From Octopus bimaculoides (lineage: Eukaryota), in NCBI RefSeq assembly GCF_001194135.2, contig NC_068996.1, forward strand, positions 37,477,641 through 37,527,954: 50,314 bases of DNA, in the 5' to 3' direction. This document shows positions 25,116 to 37,074 of the stretch, in pieces. Within the stretch, counting starts at the first letter, position 1; each line of letters begins with the position of its first letter. The position numbers were made by a program, and so were the translations under genes. Below the pieces are notes generated by a model. The model did not search any database and was not told the origin of the DNA. It worked only from the letters and a program-made list of their open reading frames with translations.

Positions 25116-25337
25116 TTTTAAATTTAAAAGAGAGTTTTGACGCTCATATCCATTATTATTGAAATTTATTCCTATGTCAACATTTCTGTATAAGGCTATA
25201 TGTTTGACTTAAATTTGAGTCAAATATAGCCTTATACAGAAATGTTGACAGAGGAATAAATTTCAATAATAATGGATATGAGTGTCAAAACTCTCTTTTA
25301 AATTTAAAAGAGAGTTTTGACGCTCATATCCATTATT
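25116..25337. repeat. Concatenated palindrome (alternating inverted units of about 95 bp)
   Basis: 25116-25309 is a near-perfect palindrome centred on AAATTT at 25211-25216; 25310-25337 repeats 25130-25157, then a gap. Confidence 0.9.
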
Positions 25338-25720
25338 NNNNNNNNNNNNNNNNNNNNNNNNNNNNNNNNNNNNNNNNNNNNNNNNNNNNNNNNNNNNNNN
25401 NNNNNNNNNNNNNNNNNNNNNNNNNNNNNNNNNNNNNNNNNNNNNNNNNNNNNNNNNNNNNNNNNNNNNNNNNNNNNNNNNNNNNNNNNNNNNNNNNNNN
25501 NNNNNNNNNNNNNNNNNNNNNNNNNNNNNNNNNNNNNNNNNNNNNNNNNNNNNNNNNNNNNNNNNNNNNNNNNNNNNNNNNNNNNNNNNNNNNNNNNNNN
25601 NNNNNNNNNNNNNNNNNNNNNNNNNNNNNNNNNNNNNNNNNNNNNNNNNNNNNNNNNNNNNNNNNNNNNNNNNNNNNNNNNNNNNNNNNNNNNNNNNNNN
25701 NNNNNNNNNTATACATATAC

Positions 25721-25757
<37 letters not shown>

Positions 25758-26564
25758 TATGTGGGCACAGGACATCATGAAACATGTACAACAAAAAAGT
25801 ATAAAGTACGAGTACATGGAACATGAACTATTCTTTCGAACACAGGTAGAGTAGAATAGTTAGTGGGCTGTTATGTAGATAGATGTATGTATGTATGTGT
25901 GTGGGTTTATGTATGTATGAGTATATGCACATGTATGCAAGCATATGGATATGAAAATAAACAGATCAACATACAGACGGATAGGTACATAGGTTATATG
26001 AACAGACAAGCACACATACACAAATGGACACTGAAACACATGACCATATATACACACACACTTTACTTCACACAAGGACACATATGGAGACATGTGTCCA
26101 CATATATGGAGATGCACATCCATACATACAAGCACGGTACATAGTTGCAAAACACACACATACACTCAGTCATGCACACACAAGGAGACAGAGGTGCATA
26201 CATATATAAACACATGCACACACACACATATATAAAAAACATGCAAGCACATGAATATGCAGAATACATACATACAGATACACACACATACATACATATG
26301 CATACACACACATATATACATACACACACATGCATACATACATGCATGCATAGGCACATGTGCACAAACAAAAAGGAACGCAGTGTAAATAGTGGACAGA
26401 GTCAAGACTATTGAAAAGGTTGCAAGACGCAACGAAAATTTTAGGAAAATAAAAATAAGAAATAAGTGGAAATTTTACCGGTGAGTGTGTTAAATTCTAA
26501 GGCACAAAAAGAAAATGACTCTCCCCAGACACAACATGGTATTGCATTATCTCATGTATTCTTC

Positions 26565-26640
26565 CTTTTTAAAGATGACAATGTAATTTAAAGAAGAGCT
26601 GGTTGCTATTTCTGGTAGATTGAGCTACTATAGAGCAGAA
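26565..26640 (+). repeat. Short dispersed repeat family (..TTTAAAGATG..GATTTGGCTGCTATTTCTAGCAG..)
   Basis: Related copies near 2050-2100(-), 3830-3900, 18585-18680, 19975-20030, 23920-23995, 24115-24170, 32490-32585, 49015-49065(-). Confidence 0.55.
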
Positions 26641-27054
26641 AGAGGACATGGTGGTAGGGAATCTGTCTATGCCATTTTAAATACCATTACCAGAAAACAT
26701 TTGACTCTATTCCTTAGTTAAATGAAGAATGGAGTTAACCTTTTAAGTCAGATCTGAATTAGGAGTTAAACAACAAAGAAACAAAACTATCATATTTCTT
26801 AAACAGACTGGCTGGTCAGTAGTAAAAAAAAAAATCTTAATGGCCATAAATGTGGAGGACTGATAATAGCTGTCTGACCAAATGAATTTTGCTAGTTTCT
26901 ACTGTGGCTATTTTCAGAATCTAGTGGCATACCAAAACACACTGGATGGTAGAAAACTGTAACATCTTCATACAATAAAAAGCTTCATGTTGGAGCATGC
27001 TGTATGACGCTCAGCTTATGATGTATATGTCAATGTGGATGTAGAGTAATGAAT

Positions 27055-27428
27055 TTGTGGTAGCTGTGTGATAAGAAGCTTACTTCCCAACCTCATGGTT
27101 CTGGGTTCAGTCCCACTAGATGGCACCTTGGGCAGGTGTCTTCTACTATAGCCTTGAGATGATCAAAGCCTTATGAGTGGATTTGGTAGACTGAAGTTGA
27201 AAGTAGCTCATAGTATATATGTATATGTCACTGTGTTCGTGTTTGACCTCCACCACTACTTAACAATGGTTTTGGTATGTCTACATTCCTGTAATTTAGT
27301 GATTCAGCAAAAGAGACCAATTGAATAAGTAGCAGGTTTTAAAAAATTGTGAAAGGAATAGGGTCAACTCATTTGACTAAAAATTCAAGGCTGCAGTCTA
27401 ATGAGTGAAACAAGTAAAAGATTAAAGA
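27055..27428 (+). mobile_element. SINE-A, full length, degenerate
   Basis: GGGTTCAGTCCCACTAGATGGCACCTTGGGCAGGTGTCTTCTACTATAGCC. Confidence 0.8.
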
Positions 27429-28489
27429 TACCACCTTTGTATCTTGACTTTTCAGCCAGGGTTATAATCCGTTCACTGACTGTCCAAGCATTTCCAATTG
27501 TTGCAGACTGCCAAAGGGATCTTGACCAAAAGTAAACTTTATCCAGACAAATGTAAAAACCTTGAAAATCAACAATCAAGAAAAAAGAAAAAATACTGTA
27601 AATTAAGCATATGTTGTGATACTATATACATACTGTATGCATTCTATACACATGTTCAGGTGTTACTTTCATTTCAAACAATGCTGCAAGAATGACATCA
27701 ATAGAATATTCAAATAAAGAACATGAAATGAGATACTTACAACAGGTAAGTTTTAAAAGGTGTTCCATGTCAGCCAAATCATAGCATAAGATATACAAAA
27801 AATATAATCAGCCACCCAGAGTTTGCATTTATAACTCGAAAAAAAAAACAAAAACAAGAACAAACTTTATTGATTATTATCATTTATATGACAATAATAG
27901 TTATTTAAATCTATAATGAGTTTAAAAAGTCTAATTTGTTAAGAAATTAAGAATAATTACTATAGAAAGTTGATAACTCTGCAGTGCAATGAGAAAAAAA
28001 GAAAACAGAAATAAATAACACTCTACTGTTTTTCTACCTGCAACATCTGACAGGCTTACTATACAGTGTCAGAGGTACAACATTATTGTTACAATTGACA
28101 ATAATTTAGTGAAAGGGAATATGTTTTACTAAAGAAAAACACAAGGTACAATTGGGAAGATATTTTGTTATAAACTCTTAGCTTAAATGACTCTATTTTT
28201 TTCCCTCATTTTATTTTATTTTATTACATATATAACATGCGTATGTATGATACATATACAGGGTACGGCAGAAAGGTTGCCCCGATTTTAAATGTTAATA
28301 AAAAACAAACACATGAAGGTACAAGAAAAAATTTTGTATTTCTAACAAATGCATAATGCTTTCCACTCCAGCCACGGTGCGTACTAACTGAAACAGAAAA
28401 AAAAAAAAAGAAAATAGCATTTAATGAGAACTTCATAGAAATACAGAGTTTTTTCATGCATCTTCTTGTTTATTTTTTATTAACCTTTG

Positions 28490-28860
28490 AAATTAGAGCA
28501 ACCTTTCTGCCACAAAACCATATTAAATACTAATCCAAAACCGAATAAAACACAAGCATAAATTGAATTATGGAAACATTCTGGTAAAGATCTAATGGAA
28601 TTGAGCATAATTCATATTTTTCAACTGATGACTTTAGAGCTAATTCAAAATGTCTTGAAATTTTGGGTTTGATAGAGAGGTAACAGAGGTTCTTCAAGGC
28701 CTGTGAAATCAATACAGCTGATATTCATCAGTAATATCTGTTAACTGATGTCCTCGAGAAAAAAAATTACAAATATTTGATTTTTGTGAAGAAAAGATTT
28801 GGTTAGAGATCATTGTGTCAAGGGGGCTTCAAAGAATCTGGTAAGCAATTAAGGAGAGGA
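28490..28860 (+). mobile_element. Possible decayed pogo/Tigger transposase remnant
   Basis: Frameshifted FLPQN..LIQ..KLNY and W-x-E-I-x7-W motifs; a possible continuation IKEFVDVQYKDFTFNELLKIE at about 30395-30470. Confidence 0.3.
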
Positions 28861-29249
28861 ACAGTGGCTGTTGCATAGTAACAGAATAGGAAAAGAGAGA
28901 AAATTGTCTTTGAATCAGCGAGTGAAATATGTTAGTTTTGATAATTAGTGGATAATCTCCCTTTACATGCTGTCGAACATGTTTGTATGTATAAAGCATC
29001 CGGAACAGGTATTCCCTTTTGGATTTTATTTGTGCTTTATAAAGAATCAGTAACTGATCAAAGCTGAAGTATTTTCTAGTACTAAAAAAAAGGCTACTAC
29101 TAATAGCCAAGCTATGTAATAAATATTGAGTGGTTAGAGAAGTTAGAAAGGAGCGAAAAGCGGTATTGATTGCAAAGAGAAATATGTTAAAATACTGAAG
29201 GAAAGGAGTGGGAGATATAATAATGAAATCTGAAATATAATGGGAAGTT

Positions 29250-29926
29250 TCATCATCATCATCATCATCATCGTCGTCGTCGTTTAACGTCTGCTTTCCA
29301 TGCTAGCCTGGGTTGGACGATTTGACTGAGTACTGGTGAAACCAGATGGCTACACCAGGCTCCAATCTGATTTGGCAGAGTTTCTACAGCTGGATGCCCT
29401 TCCTAATGCCAACCACTCAGAGAGTGTAGTGGGTGCTTTTACGTGCCACCAGCACAAAGGCCAATCAGGTGGTACTGGCAATGGCCACGCTCAAAATGGT
29501 GTATTTTATGTGCCACCCACACAAGAGCCAGTCCAGGGGCACTGGCAACGATCTCACTCGAAAGTCCTTACACATGTCGCGGGCACAAGTGCCAGAAAGG
29601 TGACGCTGGGCACAGGTGCCATCACGATTTCGCTTGCCCCAATAAGTCTTCGCAAGCTGAGTTTCGTGTCTAATGAAGGAGACAACGTTGGCATGGGTGC
29701 CAGTCATCGAATTTAACTTGATTTCGATTTCACTTGCCTCAACAGGTCTTCGCAAGTGGAGTTTAGTATCCAATTTAACTTGATTTCGATTCACTTGCCT
29801 CAACAGGTCTTCGCAAGTGTAGTTTAGTGTCCAATGAATGAAGTTACGCATAAGTGGACTGGCTGAGGCCTTAGATTTAGGTCTCACTTGGCTTGCCGGG
29901 TCTTCTCACGCACAGCATATTTCCAA
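29250..29926 (-). mobile_element. Young RTE LINE 3' end: last 13 ORF2 codons plus long 3' UTR with a 62-bp tandem duplication
   Basis: WKYAVREKTRQAK* (TGA at 29886-29884); duplicated units 29710-29771 and 29772-29832; (GAT)n tail. Confidence 0.9.
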
Positions 29927-30333
29927 TTGGCAGAGTTTCTACAGTTGGATGTCCCTCCCAACGCCAACCACTCAGAGAGTGTAGTGGCTGCTTTTACGTG
30001 TCACCGGCATGAAGGCCAGTCAGGCGGTACTGGCAACGGCCACGCTCAGAATGGTGTATTTTATGTGCCACCCGCACAAGAGCCAGTCCATGGGCACTGG
30101 CAATGATCTCTCTCGGAAGTCCTTACACATGCTGCGGGCACAAGTGCCAGAAAGGCAATGCTGGGCACAGGTGCCATCACGATTTCGCTTTCGCTTGCCC
30201 CAATATGTTTTTGCAAGTTGAGTTTCATGTCCAATGAAGGAGATGACGTTGGCATGGGTGCCAGTTGTCGAATTTAACTCGATTTTGATTTCACTTGCCT
30301 CAACAGGTCTTCGCAAGTGGAGTTTAGTGTCCA
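29927..30333 (-). mobile_element. Second RTE 3' UTR unit lacking its tail, fused to the preceding copy
   Basis: Repeats the TTGGCAGAGTTTCTACAG...GCAAGTGGAGTTTAGT segment of the preceding copy. Confidence 0.9.
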
Positions 30334-31842
30334 GTACAAAAAACTAAAGACAAATAAATCCACACGATATGGAACTCAACTAGATATTCTTACACCAGAT
30401 ACAATCAAAGAATTTGTTGATGTTCAATATAAAGATTTTACTTTCAATGAACTTCTCAAGATTGAGACTTCTGATTAGTGATAATACAGCAAGTCTCTGA
30501 TAGATCTAGCCTTATAAGATGCACCGTTGATAGTCACTGAAGAGGGAACAGGACTAAAATTTTGGGAGAGGTCATTGGTAATGAATGCTTTGTTTATTTC
30601 TGAGATGCTTTGGTTCTTTAGATGTCAGTGGTTACCAATACATCACAGAAGATTGAGTAGACAGTCCAAAAACACAGGTGGTTGGTCAAATAAAGTAATG
30701 ACTTAAGAAAATTCCTACAATTGACAAAAAAAAAAAAGGGATTCAACTTCTATCACACAAATTAACTAAATAGTTGGAAAAATTTTTGGAAAAGGCACCA
30801 ATTTTGAAAAAAGTGACTACTCTCGGTGGGAGTAGTCACTTTCCTTGCACCCCCATTAGCTTTGCCACTGTCAGAGAGTAGTATATTTCTAAAGTATGTA
30901 AGATATACCTTTAGAGAAGAGAAAGATTGAAAAGTTTGGTATTTGTATGATCATTGGAGAGCAGTATTGGAAGTTAATAGATATGAAATTCCCAGGGTCT
31001 TGTAAGTCTGACATGACTGGAGATGCTTATAACACTTGGTAGTGGTAATTGACTAGAGAAAGAAAATTTTGATGAAGTAAAATGAACAGCAAATTGGAAG
31101 CATATTCCATGCAAGTATTGCTACTAAAACCATCACAGTCGAGGATTTGAAAACGGGAGCATTCTGCAATATTAGTAGAGACCAAAAAAGACTATGCTGG
31201 AATTAAGGTGTCAGTTACTCGAAGATTGTGTGATACATCTTTTGTTGTTTCATATTGCAATCTTGCAGAAATTTTGGGTAATGGAGGCAGCTTGGCCTTC
31301 CAATTGGAGGAGGTTGGTGACTTTTACCAGTTGTTTCAGACCATTCTTCATTTGTACTCTTGTGGCACCCCTGAATGTGACCTACCTACGAAGCTCATAG
31401 TATTGGCTTTGATTCTTAGGAATGTGAAGGAACATATCTAAGAGAATGATTTAGGTAATCTACTTTGTGAGAAATAAAGCAAAACTTGCAGAAAACAGCA
31501 AATGTTTTTACAAATTTCTACTTTAATCTAAGTAACCTGTTAAATGTACTTGTTAGTTTTATTTGATCTTAAGGATGTTCTCTGCAAGTCTTGAGTAATT
31601 CCTTCCCAAAAGAGGATGAGCCAGTTAGACCAACCATAGAAATCTCATACAAAGCTGTATTTCCTTGAATTCCAAAACCAAATATTCTTGCCCAAATTTT
31701 GCCCATCTTTCAGAAAATAGCAAGGGAAAGCACCTCTCTCTCCTCCATGTACTTAAGCTACTCCTCCATGAGGTTTTCGAAAAAGTTGATGAGGATAGGT
31801 GAGAGAGAAAATACAATTCTCCAGTCCTCCTATTTATCATAC

Positions 31843-32110
31843 AGTGAAGGCATGTAACTCAGTTTACAATCATAAGGCTGTTAGTTTGATTCCTGGTAGT
31901 GTGTTATTTCCTTGGGCAAGACACTTTATTTCATGTTGCTCTAGTCCACTTAGCTGGTAAAAACGAGTAGTACCTATATTTCAAAGGGCCTTGTTACATT
32001 TTGTATCATGCTGAATCTCCCTGAGAACTAAGTTAAGGGTATACATTTCATGTCGGTGGAGTCACTAGCATGTTAATTTCATGAGAATGCTGTTCCCTTG
32101 ATTAGATTGA
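31843..32110 (+). mobile_element. SINE-G, degenerate
   Basis: CCTTGGGCAAGACACTTTATTTCATGTTGCTCTAGTCCAC core shared with 35109-35360 and 41814-42166. Confidence 0.65.
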
Positions 32111-32831
32111 CAGAATGCCAATTTTTTCTTTATATTTATCCAACAACCTTTTTTCACAATGCCACCGGACACAGGAAAACTGCCAAATGTAGGTGGATGG
32201 GTAGAATAGACTTCACAATTTGATCTGGCTATCAGTTTGATCTGTCCTATATGTGAGGACAGCTGTTAAGCAACGTTTGGCCACAAGATGAATTTATAGA
32301 TTCTACACAGGCCCTGCCTATGACAATTGTCTCTCAGCTAAAGGCATCTGAAAAAGACTGTTCAGTTACTTCAAGAATACCCTAGAATATCGTCACTAAT
32401 GTTTACCTTAAATCTTCTGTGGAATGCAAAAGTTGACATTCCATAAGATATATTTCCTAACTTACACTGCATTATTTCATGTGTATTTTCCTTTTTAAAG
32501 ATGGCAATATGATATAAGGCAATTTGACTGCTATTTCAAACAAGTTGAGAAACCACTATAAAGAGTTATTTGTTGGCCCATAGCAAAAACAAAAAAATCT
32601 CTGCAAACTAGAAATGATAAAATATCTATCTGTGCCATCCTAACTTCCATCAAAATCAGAAAATATCTGAATCCATATCTCCTTTCGTGGCTGCTCATAA
32701 AATACTCAACATTTTCCCTTATGTAGCTCTACAAAATACTGGTTTCTAAATTATCCCTTTGACCATGTACATGGATGAACATGGACGTACACAATGTACA
32801 TGGATGAAGTATATGAATGTACATGTACATT

Positions 32832-33026
32832 ATAATCCTTTCTACCATAGGTACAAGGCCTGGAATTTCGCGGGAGGTGGATAGTTGATTACATTAACCA
32901 TAGTACTTGACTAATACTGATTTTATTGACTCCGGTAGCATTTGAACTCAAAACGTAATGATAGGCAAAATGCTACTAAGCATTTTGCCCGGTGTGCTAA
33001 CTATTTTGTCAGCTTGCTGCCTTGTC
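32832..33026 (-). mobile_element. SINE-E with 10-bp TSD
   Basis: CATGTACATT at 32822-32831 and 33027-33036; tRNA-like head on the minus strand. Confidence 0.8.
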
Positions 33027-33804
33027 CATGTACATTGCAATAACAACATTTTCAGAATTGTGTTAGAGACTTAATCTTGGGTGTGTTTAACACAGAACTC
33101 CATCAAAGAACGGAGCTTAAAAGAGACATGTTTGATAAAAAGTGACTGCTCATTGGTTATGAAACTATCAACTCATTTCTGGGTGAGACTAACTGCCCTA
33201 CTCATAACCCTGTTTCAGTTTCTTTCATTTCTTCTGGAAGTCTGATTCAAACCAAGCTTCAAAAAGTTGGCTCAGTACAACACTGGCCAACATGGACTTA
33301 ATTCTCTTGTTAATGCTTGTTATACACATTCAATTCTGAAGTGTCTACAAAACTATGATAATGTGATTCCAATATGTTCTCTTGTATCCTACTCGAAGCA
33401 GGCAGTTCCTTAACAAACTAATTTTTGCATCAATGGTTTAAGAACCAAAGTGAACAGGATCAATGATAGAGAGCTCACTTGATGAGCATAGCATGTAATT
33501 TGAAATTGTTATAATAAGTGGTTGTTTAATCTCAGTCCCAAGAACATATCGCTGAATATAAAGCTTACCAGCATCCCAAACCAGAATTAAAACTAGCTGC
33601 AAAGTAAGACAGCTATCAGTGGCAGTGACCAAAATGTTTTAGGTTCAATCATATTGATAATAGCTAATTGTAAATTTGTTACTAACTCACTATGATGCAT
33701 CACATGAGGTGAAGGTTGTCTTGAATATATATGTAATTATATATAGATATATAACATGAATAAAACTTATATTATTACAACACAATAGTATTGTTTTCAT
33801 CATT

Positions 33805-33842
<38 letters not shown>

Positions 33843-33990
33843 TTAATGTCTGTTTTCCATGCTCGCATGGGTTAGAAAGTTTGACTGAAACTGGTAAGCT
33901 GGAGAGTTGCACCAAGCTTCAGTCTGTTTTTGCTTGGTTTCTACGGCTGGATGCACTCCCTAATGTCAACCATTCTACAAAATGTACTGT
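33805..33990 (-). mobile_element. Old RTE-tail fragment
   Basis: (CAT)n-TTTAATGTCTGTTTTCCATGCTCGCATGGG...GGCTGGATGC. Confidence 0.7.
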
Positions 33991-34160
33991 CCACCAGACT
34001 ACAGAACAGAATTTTTTTTTTCCTCCAGCTCAATGAATGCTTGAAATAGTGGATTACTCTTATCTCAGAAAATCTGTAGTTGAAACACTATGAAGTGATC
34101 AGCAGCAGTGCCCCAACATTAGGAAGAGCTAATTCTCTTCCTAATGTGCTAATACTTTTT

Positions 34161-34347
34161 AAGGCAGTGAGTTAGCAAAATTGTTGGAATGCCAGGTAAA
34201 ACACTGAGCATCTGAATTCAAATTCCACTATGCTCTTTCATCCTTTTAGAGTCAATAAAATAGGTATCAGTTGAACACTGGGGTTGATTTAATCGACTTA
34301 TCCTGCCCCAAGAACTGCTGGCCTTGTGCCAAAACTCAAAATCAATA
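34161..34347 (+). mobile_element. SINE-E, degenerate
   Basis: B-box GAATTCAAATTCC; CTTTCATCCTTTTAGAGTCAATAAAATAGGTATCAG central domain. Confidence 0.7.
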
Positions 34348-34558
34348 TGACAGTACTCATTCTGTTGCTTTCACAACTCAGTCAATCAATTTGATAATTC
34401 TGCAGTTGCTTCTTTCTTGAGCTTGTCTCTCTGTCTTTGTGACAGTTAATGATGACATCATGACATCATTTCGCTGGGTATGCTGTGACAGCATTTCGCA
34501 AGCCACTTCCTTGCACTTCCTGATTATTTATACACACGACTAATACCATCTCTGCTTT

Positions 34559-34818
34559 CAGGGACAGCTTTAAACCAATTAGGCAGATTTGTTGAAATTG
34601 GGCCCCACACCAAGAGAGGGCTCTGCACACATACTTGAGTGGAGAACACTTTGATGAATTTTTAATATATCATTGTGGAGCCACAAACTCTCAACAGTTT
34701 TTGACAGGGACTGAAGTATGACACAAAGCATGAAACATCACTCATTCAGCTTTTGCAGAGTAGAGGGCCCCATTGACTATTCTCTAATTGGGCCCTTCAT
34801 TTCTTAGTACTGGCCCTG
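34559..34818. mobile_element. hAT-type MITE
   Basis: Termini CAGGGACAGCTTTAA / TTAGTACTGGCCCTG; 8-bp flanks TCTGCTTT / CCTACTTT (6/8 match). Confidence 0.6.
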
Positions 34819-34900
34819 CCTACTTTGCTAAGTATTTTTAACACTGCAATAATTATACATGATGGCTCCAGTTGCTTCTGTTTTCCCTGTCTACATATCC

Positions 34901-35385
34901 TCAACCCTTTAACATTCGGATTTCTCTGCCAAGTGTAATGCATATTCATTCAAATTGTGTTGAATTAAACATTATCTTGTAGCTTCAAGGTTTCAATAAC
35001 ATGATTGTTTCTTTCTAGAATGATATTGTAGGGTAGATGTGAGAGGCCAGATGCAGACAACTTGAATATAAAATAGGTAGAATATTTTGGCTGAATATTT
35101 CTGGTTTAGTGGAGGTGCATAGCTTAGCAGTTAGGTGTTGGACTTGAGATTGTAAGATTGTTGTTTTGATTCCTGAATCAACCGATGCATTGTGTTCTTG
35201 AGCAAAACACTTCATTTCACATTGCTCCAGTCCACTCAATTGGTACAAATGAGTAATCCTGCAACAGACCAGCATCCCATCCTGGGAGGAATATATATAA
35301 GTCAGAGGAATAGGGAAACTGGCCCTGTACCCTTTACAGAGTAACGTGGACTAACCATCACTGGTTTAAATGCTAAAGCATTTAT
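34901..35385. mobile_element. MITE-H copy interrupted by SINE-G
   Basis: MITE sequence resumes after the insert (CTGGTTTAAATGCTAAAG). Confidence 0.75.
35109..35360 (+). mobile_element. SINE-G with 8-bp TSD
   Basis: CTGGTTTA at 35101-35108 and 35361-35368. Confidence 0.8.
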
Positions 35386-35399
35386 CACACTCTCAACCA

Positions 35400-35950
35400 C
35401 TCATCCATCACTTTCAGCAGCAAGTTTTCCTTCTGGAGTAGTGTTGCTTTTTCTCTACCATTTCAACAACTTCTCAGAATGATCTTGTTGGTGTCACTAA
35501 GGGCAAGGATGTTACTGTCGTTCCATATACACATTTCCCCAGCGTTTTGTTTCACAAATAGCTTTGCAATCAGAGATATTTCACACTACTGATCCTTTCC
35601 AGGCCCATCACCAGACTTTGGTGCCTGGAGGCACTTCAGAATATTTCGGGTTGGCACAACTTTGTAATAATGCTAAAGTGGGGTTTTGAAATAAATGTTT
35701 CGCTGTAAATCTGAGGGTGCATCATTGATTAGTGAGGGGGCAGTGCCATCCGTTACACCTCTTTGGTGATCGGCATGATTCTCTCATTACTGAACATTAG
35801 TCAATCACTCACTTTCAGCTCCCTTTGTCCAATGTATATCTAATGCCTAGCTTCTCGTTGAGCTGTTTGATAATGGTTTTTGCTGGTCTTTTTCTTCCAA
35901 TCTTACCTATACCTGTGTCTTAGAACCAATACTACCATTCCAACACTATG
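35400..35950 (-). mobile_element. Heavily decayed RTE ORF2 C-terminal remnant (interrupted)
   Basis: Minus translations KQLNEKLGIR (about 35830-35860) and RRKT (about 35425) echo LREKLNIR and PRKTW. Confidence 0.35.
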
Positions 35951-36446
35951 GCACCTTCCATCTAGCTGGTATCTTGTTCCAACAATAGATATGGTTTTGC
36001 AGCTGGTTGCCTCATAGAAATTCTAAGTTGTTTTCTATGTTATAGATATCTATCCCTGCCACTTTCTCAAAATACGTCATCTTGTATCTGCACATAATAT
36101 ATTTATTAGACAAATCTTTACCTTTTACACATTCCTTCTCCAATGTTATATCTTTTACAGAAAAAAAAAATCATTGTTTAATAGAAGAATTAAAGTGAAA
36201 AATTAGCAAAAACAGTTTATAGTTTGAACTTATCTAATGCTTACAAATATTCTTTATTAAGATTATGCTTACAGATATTCTTTATTAAGTTGACTGCTGA
36301 TTTGGTTCTTAAACTTATTTTTATGATAGCTAATCCAAAATTTATGGAGTTTTTTGATAATTAAAGAACGTATCTCAATCCCACCCCATCTCTAATCATC
36401 TATCACACTATTCACTTAATGCACCTACCTTTCTGCTCCTCTGTCC

Positions 36447-36883
36447 CTGTGGTTCTCAACCAGTTTTTGCCTATGGACCCCTTTAATTCCTATTTTTCTC
36501 TACTGGAACTCTATAGTTGGCCACTGTATATATGTTGTGTCGACACCTCCAGACGATGAAGGAGGCTAGCCCAATACGTAGATATATAGGGAGAAGTCTA
36601 GACGTCGGAGTAGTTGAGTAGAGGTCATCTGAATGTGCGATATAACAGTGGCGATGAGGATTTCATAGCTCACACAGCCACTGTGTAGTATTGCGATATA
36701 ACAATATATATTAAAAAAAATCTTACTGTATTTTCATAAATAAATATTATTAGGAATTGTATAAAATAAATTAAAATATTTTGTGCATTGTTAAAGTATA
36801 ACCAATTTATTGCAGATAAATTTTAATAGCAAAATCTTAAATGGACCCACGAGGGTCATATGGACACTGGTTGAGAACCTCTG
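36447..36883. mobile_element. hAT/Charlie-type MITE carrying an LTR-derived insert
   Basis: TIR CTGTGGTTCTCAACCAGT / ACTGGTTGAGAACCTCTG; 8-bp flanks CTCTGTCC / CTCTACCC (6/8 match). Confidence 0.75.
36533..36703 (+). mobile_element. 171-bp LTR-retrotransposon derivative: LTR + PBS + stub
   Basis: TGTTGTGTCG...CGATATAACA inverted ends, ATATA 5-bp TSD, internal LTR end at 36647 followed by G and PBS TGGCGATGAGGAT. Confidence 0.7.
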
Positions 36884-37074
36884 CTCTACCCTCATTCCCT
36901 TTTCTATATTCACCTTGTACTTTGACCTTACATCTCCCTCAATTTCTTTCTTGATAAGAAAGCTAGGTATTCAACTTTAGCAAAAACACCTGCTCCTTCC
37001 CCACCTATCATACTTTCAAATCCTTCAATACTATATCCCATTCAGTTGAAGGAGGAAGGGTTTTGTCTTGAGAG

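Noticed and set aside
25860-26432. Stack of overlapping ORFs on both strands
   Set aside because: Degenerate CA/TA microsatellite-like sequence; translations are low-complexity artefacts, as are the ORFs spanning N gaps
29710-29832. CRISPR-like repeats
   Set aside because: Contiguous tandem duplication without spacers inside a eukaryotic LINE UTR
29465-29887. 140-aa minus ORF overlapping the RTE stop codon
   Set aside because: Lies in the repeat-built 3' UTR, starts at GTG, has no recognisable domain, and is absent from the short-UTR form
18585-32585. Apparent plus-strand bias of the short GCTATTTCTAGCAG repeat family
   Set aside because: Minus-strand copies exist at about 2050-2100 and 49015-49065
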